NCBI GenBank assembly: GCA_041166245.1
Contig: JBEEFQ010000014.1
Location: 1-51,441 of the forward strand
DNA length: 51,441 nucleotides
Direction: 5' to 3'
Source: Actinomycetota bacterium
GTDB lineage: Bacteria > Actinomycetota > Acidimicrobiia > Acidimicrobiales > JAFATL01
Part shown: one piece after another, positions 44,408 to 51,441 of the stretch
Layout: each line of letters opens with the position of its first letter
Numbering within the stretch: the first letter of the stretch is position 1
Notes under the pieces: model-generated
What the model saw: the letters and a program-made list of their open reading frames with translations, nothing else
Databases searched by the model: none
What the model was told of the DNA's origin: nothing
Position numbers and translations under genes: made by a program

Positions 44408-44460
44408 CGAACTCGGCCGTAAATCCGGCCAGGTTTCGACCCGATTTACGGCCGAGTTCG
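44408..44460. terminator. 18-bp perfect stem / 17-nt loop hairpin between convergent genes
   Basis: CGAACTCGGCCGTAAATC-cggccaggtttcgaccc-GATTTACGGCCGAGTTCG. It lies between the PAC2 stop (44401) and the P450 stop (44470). Confidence 0.65.
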
Positions 44461-44469
44461 CATTAGGGC

Positions 44470-45693
44470 TCAGGACAGGCTGACGGGTAGCGCGGTGAGG
44501 CCGCGCAGGACGAGGTTGTCCTTGTAGGTGAGGTCGTCGGAGGCGACCTCGAAGCGGTCGAAGGCCTGGACGAAGGCGTTGATGGCGACCTGGCCCTCCA
44601 TGCGCGCCAGCGAGGCGCCCAGGCAGAAGTGGTGCCCGAGGCTGAAGGCGAGATGGGCGTTGGGCGTGCGGGCGATGTCGAACTCGTCGGGGTTGGGGAA
44701 CTGCTCGGGGTCGTGGTTGGCGCCACCGATGAGGGTGATGGCGAACCCGCCCTCGGGAAGCGTGGTGCTCGGGAGCACGATGTCCTGCAGCGCGAGGCGG
44801 CCCGTCATCTGCACGGGTGGGTCGTAGCGCAGCACCTCCTCGACCGCGGACTTGATCAGCGACGGGTCGTCGCGCAGCCGGGCCCGTTGGTCGGGATGGC
44901 GGGCGAGGGCGAGCAGGCCGTTGGCGATGAGGTTGACGGTCGTCTCGTGGCCGGCGACCAACAGCAGGATGCAGGTCGAGATGAGCTCGTTCTCGCTCAG
45001 CTTGTCCCCCGCCTCCTCGGCCTCCACCAGTCGCGTGAGCATGTCGTCGCGTGGATTGCGATGGCGGTCGTCGATGAGCTCGTGGAAGTAGTCGGCGAAC
45101 TCGTCGATGGCCACCTCACGCGCCGCTTGCGCTTCGGGCGGCAGGAGGAAGTCGGGATCGAGGCTGCGGGCCAGGGCGTGCGACCACCCGCGGAACCGCT
45201 CCTCGTCCTCACGCGGGACACCGAGCATGTCGCTGATGATCGTGAGCGGCAGCGGGTACGCGAGGTCGGCGATCACGTCCACGGTGTCCTTGCCCGCCAT
45301 GGCGGCGACGAGGTCGTCGGCGAGTTGGACGGCGCGGGTTCGCAGCTGCTCGATGCTCCGGGGCGTGAACGCCTTGGACACCAGCCCCCGCAGCCGGGTG
45401 TGGTCGGGCGGGTCCATGAAGAGGAACGGCCGCCGCTGCGCCGCCTCGGGGTCGATGTCGCCGGCGTCGACGAGGGCGTTGAACGCCTCGGACTTGGTGT
45501 TGTCGCTGCTGCCGTGGGGATGGCGCAACAGGGTGGTCGCGTCGGCATACCTCGTCATCACGAGGAAGCCGAGCGGGCTCTCGTGCACCGGGTCCTCGGC
45601 CCGCAAGCGGGCGTAGGTGGGGTACGGGTTCTTCTTGAACTCGGGGTCGAACGGGTTGAACGCGAGGGGCAGTTCTTCCTCAGTGGTGGCCAC
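44470..45693 (-). CDS. cytochrome P450
   Basis: Heme loop FSLGHHFCLGASLAR, I-helix LLLVAGHETT and an EEVLRY (ExxR) motif. GTG start at 45693. Confidence 0.92.
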   Translation of the reverse strand: MATTEEELPLAFNPFDPEFKKNPYPTYARLRAEDPVHESPLGFLVMTRYADATTLLRHPHGSSDNTKSEAFNALVDAGDIDPEAAQRRPFLFMDPPDHTRLRGLVSKAFTPRSIEQLRTRAVQLADDLVAAMAGKDTVDVIADLAYPLPLTIISDMLGVPREDEERFRGWSHALARSLDPDFLLPPEAQAAREVAIDEFADYFHELIDDRHRNPRDDMLTRLVEAEEAGDKLSENELISTCILLLVAGHETTVNLIANGLLALARHPDQRARLRDDPSLIKSAVEEVLRYDPPVQMTGRLALQDIVLPSTTLPEGGFAITLIGGANHDPEQFPNPDEFDIARTPNAHLAFSLGHHFCLGASLARMEGQVAINAFVQAFDRFEVASDDLTYKDNLVLRGLTALPVSLS

Positions 45694-45737
45694 GGGTCGA
45701 CCCTACGCCGACGTGTCCGGTTTGTCTGTGAAGGAAG

Positions 45738-46982
45738 TCACGCCCGTGCCGCGACCACGGCGACGCTCTCGGCCAACGCCGACGCGCACCGGTCGATGTC
45801 GGCGTCGGTGATGACGAAGGGCGGGCAGAACGCCATGCTGTCGGCACCGATGGGCCGGGCGATGACCTCGCGGGGCAGCATCTCGTCGCGCACCTCGATG
45901 GCGTTGATGTGACCGCCGAATCCGACGGCCCACATGGCGCCCTCGCCCCGCACGCTCGCGATGTGCTCGCCGTCGACGACAGCAGCGAGGGCGGCGTGGA
46001 GGCGGTCGCCCACCTTCACCGCCCGCTCGACGAGGTCCTCACGCTCGAGGATGTCGAGGTTGGCGAGGGCGGCCGCGCACGCGGTGGGGTGGCCGCCATA
46101 GGTGTGCCCATGCCGCAACAGAAGGCTGGGGTCGGCCTCCAATCGCTCACGTACCGCCGGCCCCACGAGTACCCCACCCACCGGCTGGTAGCCGGACGTG
46201 ACGCCCTTGGCGAACGTCACCAGGTCGGGAACCACGCCGTAGTGCTGCGCTCCCCACCAGCTCCCCAGCCGGCCGAAGCCGGTGATGACCTCGTCGAGGA
46301 TGAGAAACGCGCTGTGGCGGTCGCACCGCTCGCGCAACGCCTCGAGGTAGCCAGGCGGGGGCGGGAGCACGCCGCCCGCGCCCACAACCGGCTCGGCGAG
46401 GATGGCGCACAGCTCGTGGCCCCGCTCCGCCAGCACGTCGTCGAGGGCGCCGAGATCGTCGTAGGGCACCTGCACCATGTCGGGCACCAGCGGGCCGTAG
46501 CCGTCCTGGTTGAGCGGCAGGCCGGTCGCGGTCATTGCCGCGTACGTGGTGCCGTGGTACGACGGCTTGCGGCTGATCACGAGACGGCGGTCGGGCGCAC
46601 CGCCCACGTGCTGGGCCAGGCGGGCCAGCTTGACCGCGGTGTCCACCGACTCCGACCCGCCGCTGGTGAGGAACACACGTGACTTCGGCATGGGCGCGAG
46701 GGCTGACAATCGAGTGGTCAGCTGCTCGGCCGGCTCGTTGGTGAAGCGGTCGAAGGTGTGGAACCCGGCGATGGCGCGCATCTGCTCGACGACGGCGTCG
46801 ATGATCTCGGCCCGGCCGTGACCCACCTGGCAGTACCAGAGGCTGCCCAGGGCATCGACGTAGCGATTGCCGAGGTCGTCCCACACGACCGCGCCCTCGC
46901 CCCGCACGATCGTGACGTACGCCTCCCGCCCCGCGCTCGGACGGGAGAAGGCGTGCAGGAAGGCGGGAACGTCGGAGCTCAC
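45738..46982 (-). CDS. class III (omega-type) PLP-dependent aminotransferase
   Basis: GTG at 46982 overlaps the amidase stop (GTGA). Motifs TSGGSESVDTAVKLAR, ILDEVITGFGR and TFAKGVTSGY (PLP lysine). Confidence 0.9.
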   Translation of the reverse strand: MSSDVPAFLHAFSRPSAGREAYVTIVRGEGAVVWDDLGNRYVDALGSLWYCQVGHGRAEIIDAVVEQMRAIAGFHTFDRFTNEPAEQLTTRLSALAPMPKSRVFLTSGGSESVDTAVKLARLAQHVGGAPDRRLVISRKPSYHGTTYAAMTATGLPLNQDGYGPLVPDMVQVPYDDLGALDDVLAERGHELCAILAEPVVGAGGVLPPPPGYLEALRERCDRHSAFLILDEVITGFGRLGSWWGAQHYGVVPDLVTFAKGVTSGYQPVGGVLVGPAVRERLEADPSLLLRHGHTYGGHPTACAAALANLDILEREDLVERAVKVGDRLHAALAAVVDGEHIASVRGEGAMWAVGFGGHINAIEVRDEMLPREVIARPIGADSMAFCPPFVITDADIDRCASALAESVAVVAARA

Positions 46983-48376
46983 GAGTAGGCCTTTGCGAAG
47001 CGGGGCCACGGCCGCGCCTGTTCATAGAGCCGGGCCAGCCGCAGCACGACCTCATCCGCGTGGCGGCGTCCGATGACCTGGACGCCGACAGGCAGCCCGG
47101 CGCTGTTGAGTCCGGCCGGGAGCGAGATCGCCGGGTTCCAGCACAGGTTGGCGAGCATGGCGAACGGCACCGCCATGGCGGGCCCGACGTCGCGGCCGTC
47201 GATGACCGTCGGCATGGGGCCGGCAGCGCCGTACGCGGGCACTGCGGTCATTGGTGTCAACAGCACGTCGACGTCGGCGAAGACGGCGGCCACCTCCTCC
47301 TCCAGCCGGTGACGCCACTTGTAGCTGCGGGCGTACTTGCGTACCGGGTACGCCTCGGTCTGCTCGTAGGGCTTGCGCACGAAGCCCATGAGCTCGCCAG
47401 CCCGCTCGGGCCACATGTCGTCTTCGAGGTTGAGCCACATGTCGACCGCACCAGCCGACAGCCACGTGCGCACCGGGTCGGTGAGGACGATGGGCCGGTC
47501 GACGCGCTCGAGGCCGGCGCCCTCGATGAGCGCGACCGCGGCCGACTCCGTCAGCTCGCGCACCTCGGTGTCGACGGCCGCGAACCCGAGATCAGACGAC
47601 CACACCGCCCGCAGACCGGTGACGTCGAGCTCTTCGATGGCGCGCTCATAGACGACACCCGAAGGCGGCAGCGACAGGCGGTCCCGGTCGTCGGGCCCGG
47701 CGACCACGTCGAGATGACGGGCGGTATCGGCGACGGTGGTGGTGAGGGCGCCGAGCGCCGTGGTCTGGGAGGTGGCGGCGCCCGGGTTGGGAATGCGCCC
47801 GTAACTCGCCTTGAGCCCCACCAGTCCCGAGAAGGCAGCTGGGGTGCGAGTGGAGCCGCCGCCGTCGCTGGCCGTGCAGAACGGCACCAGCCCGGCGGCC
47901 ACCGACGCGGCCGATCCGCCGCTCGAGCCACCAGGGGTGAGCTCGGGGTTCCACGGGTTGCGCGTCGTGCCCCATGCCTTGGTGTGGGTGAACGCGACGG
48001 TGCCGAACTCGGGTGCCGCCGTCTTGCCGACGGGGACGGCGCCCGCGGCCCGCAGCCGGCCCACGTGCACCGAGTCCTCGTTGACCGGCGGCCTGCCCTT
48101 GTAGAGCAGCGAACCGTGCGAGGTCGGCATCCCCGCGCAGTCCTCGAGGTCCTTGACCCCGAATGGCACCCCGGCCAGGGGACCGGGGTCGTCGCCGCGG
48201 GCCACCGCCTCGTCGACCGCGTCGGCGGCGGTGCGGGCCAGGTCGGCGTCGAGGTGGACGAAGGCGTTGAGCGGGCCGTTGCGGGACTCGATGGCAGCGA
48301 GGCACTCGTCGAGCACTTCGACCGCCTTGAGCTCGCCTCGGCGGACCGCGTCGGCCGTCTCGGTCACGGTGCGCAT
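46979..48376 (-). CDS. amidase (amidase-signature family)
   Basis: GVPFGVKDL and the GGSSGGSAASVAAG...ASDGGGSTRTPAA amidase-signature sequence. Confidence 0.9.
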   Translation of the reverse strand: MRTVTETADAVRRGELKAVEVLDECLAAIESRNGPLNAFVHLDADLARTAADAVDEAVARGDDPGPLAGVPFGVKDLEDCAGMPTSHGSLLYKGRPPVNEDSVHVGRLRAAGAVPVGKTAAPEFGTVAFTHTKAWGTTRNPWNPELTPGGSSGGSAASVAAGLVPFCTASDGGGSTRTPAAFSGLVGLKASYGRIPNPGAATSQTTALGALTTTVADTARHLDVVAGPDDRDRLSLPPSGVVYERAIEELDVTGLRAVWSSDLGFAAVDTEVRELTESAAVALIEGAGLERVDRPIVLTDPVRTWLSAGAVDMWLNLEDDMWPERAGELMGFVRKPYEQTEAYPVRKYARSYKWRHRLEEEVAAVFADVDVLLTPMTAVPAYGAAGPMPTVIDGRDVGPAMAVPFAMLANLCWNPAISLPAGLNSAGLPVGVQVIGRRHADEVVLRLARLYEQARPWPRFAKAYS

Positions 48377-48395
48377 CTCGCGACCCTACGCAGAT

Positions 48396-49853
48396 CTAGG
48401 GCCGCACGCCGTAGCGGGCGAACACGGCCGCCGCGTCGGGGAACACGACGCTGAGCGCGGCGATCACATCGGCCGGCCTCGCGACGCGGTAGGCGTTGCG
48501 GGCGACCACGTGACGCATGGCGCAGTCCACCTTGTCGAGGGGGCCGAGGGCCATGAGCGCCTGCGCGCCCTGCACGTAGACGCTGCGGTAATAGCTGGAC
48601 TGGCGGCGCTCCCAGTACGTCATGGGCTCGCCCAGGCGCCCGGCCCCGTCGGCCGGGATCGACCGTGACCGGAACGACGCCTCGGTGTGATCGAACCTGG
48701 TCTCGGCATAGGTCGCCAGCCCCTCGTCGATCCACGGGTCGCGGCCCTGGTTGTCACCCACGAGGGCGTAGAACCACTCGTGCCCGATCTCATGCGTGGT
48801 CGTGCGGCCGATCTTGCCCGGCCCCTGCATGACGTGCATCGGAAACTCGATGCCGCCGCTCAGCCCGGGCGTGACCGCCAGCGTGTAGGTCGGCCACGCG
48901 TACTGGCCGAACCGGTTGCCGAAGTCCTGCAGCACCCGGACGAGCTTGTCGAGATAGACCTGGGGCGACTCGCCGATGCCCTGGGCGACACCCACAGTCA
49001 CCTGCACCGGATTCGGCGCGTTCGCGGTGGCCGACGCCAACGTGAAGTGACCGGTGGAGAAGGCGAAGTCTCCCACCGCGGTCGCCGTCCATCGTCCCTG
49101 GGCATCCTTCGTCCCAGTGGCGAGCACGTCGAACCCGGCCGGAGTGGTGACGGTCACCGCGAAGTCCGCGTGCGGGGTCATGGCCGCCTCCGAGAAGCCC
49201 GAGGACGGCGGCTCGGTCGCCCACCCGACGCCGGGCTCCCACGCGAGCAGGGGCAAGAACGACCCGAGACGGATGGTGTCGCCCGTCCGTGACACGCGGT
49301 CATTCACCTCGCGCGGAAGCGTGACGCGCCACGGCACACTCACTTCCACCGCCGTACCAGCCGCGAAGGTGGAGCCTGTGCGCACCGTGAGCGTGGTCGC
49401 GTTGTCGCGCGTCGCCTGCGCCACCTTCCCACCGATGGTCGGTGGGCCCGTGTCGATGCCGCCGCCCGCCCCCGCGATGCGCGGGCTGTTGGCCCAGAGG
49501 CGGAACACGAGCCGGTCGGTGGCCTGGTCGGGGACGAACCGCACGGTGACCTCGCCCACGACCGCGTTCTCGGCCGGGCGCACATCGACCGACGCGGTGT
49601 AGCGCGAGCGGTCACTGCGCGGCGTGTTGCGCGCCGGCACCGCTGGACACGTGGGGCTGGCGGCCTGGGCCGGTGCCCGCGGAACAGTGGCGCCGGTGGT
49701 CGTGCTGGGCGCGACGGTCGTCGACGTGGTCGTGACGACCGTCGACGTGGAGGCGCGGGAGCGCCGGTCGAAGGCGACGGTGCCGCTGTCGTCCGAGCAG
49801 GCGCCCACCAACCCGACGGCCAGCACGACGGCGAGAGCGAGTCGGGGCCGCAC
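48396..49853 (-). CDS. M1 family zinc metallopeptidase, probable lipoprotein
   Basis: GTG at 49853. It has a signal peptide with a lipobox (AVGLVGAC-S), a Thr-rich linker, and HEIGHEW...WIDEGLATY (HExxH plus a distal Glu). Confidence 0.85.
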   Translation of the reverse strand: MRPRLALAVVLAVGLVGACSDDSGTVAFDRRSRASTSTVVTTTSTTVAPSTTTGATVPRAPAQAASPTCPAVPARNTPRSDRSRYTASVDVRPAENAVVGEVTVRFVPDQATDRLVFRLWANSPRIAGAGGGIDTGPPTIGGKVAQATRDNATTLTVRTGSTFAAGTAVEVSVPWRVTLPREVNDRVSRTGDTIRLGSFLPLLAWEPGVGWATEPPSSGFSEAAMTPHADFAVTVTTPAGFDVLATGTKDAQGRWTATAVGDFAFSTGHFTLASATANAPNPVQVTVGVAQGIGESPQVYLDKLVRVLQDFGNRFGQYAWPTYTLAVTPGLSGGIEFPMHVMQGPGKIGRTTTHEIGHEWFYALVGDNQGRDPWIDEGLATYAETRFDHTEASFRSRSIPADGAGRLGEPMTYWERRQSSYYRSVYVQGAQALMALGPLDKVDCAMRHVVARNAYRVARPADVIAALSVVFPDAAAVFARYGVRP

Positions 49854-49884
49854 CGCCCCATGGTCGCATCGGTACGGTGGCACC

Positions 49885-50361
49885 GTGGCGCGCCCGAGCC
49901 TGACCCCGACCTGCCTGTGGCGGGCGACCCCCGAGATCGTCGTCGCGCTCGACGAGCGCTTCGGCGAGCCCCTCGACGCATACGTCAACGGATCACAGGT
50001 GTGGCTGCGCGACGACGGCCCCGGTGGCGTCACCCTGGAATGGCGGCTCCATCCCGTCGCCGGCTACCGCCGACCGGCGAACGTGGACACCTACGAGGTC
50101 TTCTCGTCCGTCGCCCTCGCGTTCGCGACGGACGAGTCCCCGCCCGCCCGGCTCGATGCCCTCTGGGAAGGTCTCGAGGCCTTCGCCGCCCACGGCGACG
50201 AGCTCGAGCCAGCCACGCTGTCGCACGCGACAACCGAGGCTCTCGGCATCCCGCCCGACGCGTGCGGCCTCGTCGACCACAAGGTCGTGGCCGACGAATG
50301 GGAGCGCACCAACGGCGCCGTCTCCATCATCGAACGCCTCCTGGCCCAGCTCGACGCCTGA
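49885..50361 (+). CDS. hypothetical protein
   Basis: Its codon usage is typical of the window's genes and it is acidic. The start is uncertain (GTG 49885). It is divergent from the M1 peptidase, and I could not recognise a family. Confidence 0.5.
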   Translation: MARPSLTPTCLWRATPEIVVALDERFGEPLDAYVNGSQVWLRDDGPGGVTLEWRLHPVAGYRRPANVDTYEVFSSVALAFATDESPPARLDALWEGLEAFAAHGDELEPATLSHATTEALGIPPDACGLVDHKVVADEWERTNGAVSIIERLLAQLDA

Positions 50362-50372
50362 ACCCACCGCCA

Positions 50373-50414
50373 TTGGGTGCACTTGGGGGCGTATATGTCC
50401 ACAAGTGCACCCAA
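50373..50414. terminator. 13-bp perfect stem / 16-nt loop hairpin between convergent genes
   Basis: TTGGGTGCACTTG-ggggcgtatatgtcca-CAAGTGCACCCAA. It lies between the + stop at 50361 and the - stop at 50426. Confidence 0.6.
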
Positions 50415-50425
50415 CGGTTCTTGGA

Positions 50426-51441
50426 CTAGCGGCCTGACTCGGCCTCCTCGTCGAGCTCGGCCTTCTTGCCGTTGCCGCCGGCGAGGAGGTTGCGGGCGAG
50501 CTGCAGGCCGGCGGTGCCCTGGCTCAGGGCCTGGGCCAGGGCCTCGGAGAGACCGGTGGCGCCGTTGAGGACGATCATCTGGTCGATGTCGCCGAACGGC
50601 TTGGCCGCGGCTTCGACGATTGCGGGCCAGTTCTCGGCCAGCTGCTGGCCGATGACCGCGTCCTGGTTCTCGGCCAGGGCGTCGGCGCGCGCCTTGATGG
50701 CCTCCGCCTCGGCCATGCCCTTGGCCCGCACCGCCGCACCTTCGGCCACGCCTTTGGCCTGGGTGGCGTCGGCCTCGGCCTGACCCACCGAACGGGTCGC
50801 CTCGGCCTGCGCCTCAGCCGCCACCTTCACGTGCTCGGCTTCCGCGCCCGCTTCGAGCTTGACGCGGCTGGCGTTGGCCGCCGCCTGCAGCTCGACCTCC
50901 TGGGCGTGGGCTTCGGCAGCCGAGATGCGAGCGTCGCGTTCGGCCTTGGCCAGTGTGACCTGCTCGTAGGCCTTGGCGTCGGCCGGCTTGCGCACCGTCG
51001 CCTGCAGCCGCTGCTCCTCGCGTTGGGCCTCGAGCTGGGCGACGCTCGTCTCCTCGACGACGACCTCCTGGTGGGCCTTGGCCTCCGACAGCGGGCCCGC
51101 CTGCCGGGCGATGGCGGCCGCCTTGTCGATCTCGGCCTGGTAGCCGGCCTGCTTGACCTGGGTGGCGCGCCGGGCCTCGGCCTTGAGCGCCTCCGCCTCC
51201 TGCTCGCGCTCGGTCGCCTCGCGGTCGGCCGCGGCCTGGGCGATGCGAGCCTGGCTGGCGACCGCTGCGGCATGAGGACGACCCAGGTTCTCGATGTAGC
51301 CGGTGGGGTCGACGATCTCCTGGATCTGCAGCGAGTCGACGATGAGGCCGAGCTTCTCCATCTCGGTGCCGGACGACTCACGCGTGAGCCCGGTGAGCTT
51401 TTCGCGGTCGCGGATCATCTCCTCGACCGTCATGTTGCCGA
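50426..51441 (-). CDS. flotillin / SPFH (band 7) family protein, 5' end outside window
   Basis: The end of the SPFH domain (LGLIVDSLQIQEIVDPTGYIENLG) is followed by a long Ala/Glu/Gln-rich coiled coil (the flotillin repeat region). The ORF is open to the window edge. Confidence 0.85.
   Translation of the reverse strand, partial: GNMTVEEMIRDREKLTGLTRESSGTEMEKLGLIVDSLQIQEIVDPTGYIENLGRPHAAAVASQARIAQAAADREATEREQEAEALKAEARRATQVKQAGYQAEIDKAAAIARQAGPLSEAKAHQEVVVEETSVAQLEAQREEQRLQATVRKPADAKAYEQVTLAKAERDARISAAEAHAQEVELQAAANASRVKLEAGAEAEHVKVAAEAQAEATRSVGQAEADATQAKGVAEGAAVRAKGMAEAEAIKARADALAENQDAVIGQQLAENWPAIVEAAAKPFGDIDQMIVLNGATGLSEALAQALSQGTAGLQLARNLLAGGNGKKAELDEEAESGR

Overview
This is a high-GC (by eye about 70%) chromosomal segment of Actinomycetota type. 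Lineage markers are the lhr-nei2 pair, a PAC2 protein, an F420-type PPOX protein, a WS/DGAT acyltransferase and lnt. About 50 protein-coding genes are packed on both strands, and many are joined by 4-nt ATGA/GTGA start-stop overlaps. I found no rRNA, tRNA, CRISPR array, transposase, integrase or phage gene, so this looks like core or metabolic-accessory chromosome rather than a mobile island. Because of the GC content, many long ORFs in the track are antisense or chimeric artefacts. I trimmed starts to the point where recognisable protein sequence begins.

Gene content, in order:
- An envelope or glycan locus: lnt, GT4, two SAM methyltransferases, an alpha/alpha-barrel 'prenyltransferase-like' protein, GtrA and GH1.
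- A membrane cupredoxin, tesB, a lytic transglycosylase, an ECF sigma factor and gltA.
- Small detoxification-type genes: GNAT, methyltransferase, NTF2-like and VOC proteins.
- A MerR regulator next to a large membrane protein and WS/DGAT.
- Two regulator-linked ABC exporters: PadR with a MacB-like pump, and ArsR with an SRPBCC protein and a DrrAB-like pump.
- LexA-boxed dinB, divergent from an AraC-VOC-VOC unit.
- An MFS, CBS-fused citrate synthase and GNAT operon.
- lhr-nei2, then PAC2.
- An M1 peptidase, amidase, aminotransferase and P450 string.
- A partial flotillin gene at the window end.

No clearly novel multi-gene system (for example a defence system) stands out. The most interesting observations are:
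- a candidate polymethylated-polysaccharide locus;
- a CBS-citrate synthase fusion operon;
- a nei2 whose only possible initiator position is ACG, overlapping the lhr stop;
- a 16-bp tandem duplication that creates a uORF over the dinB start;
- a deletion scar of a TetR/glycosyltransferase pair;
- a 27-bp tandem repeat;
- a recurring pattern of long, perfect, U-tract-less hairpins at convergent gene junctions.
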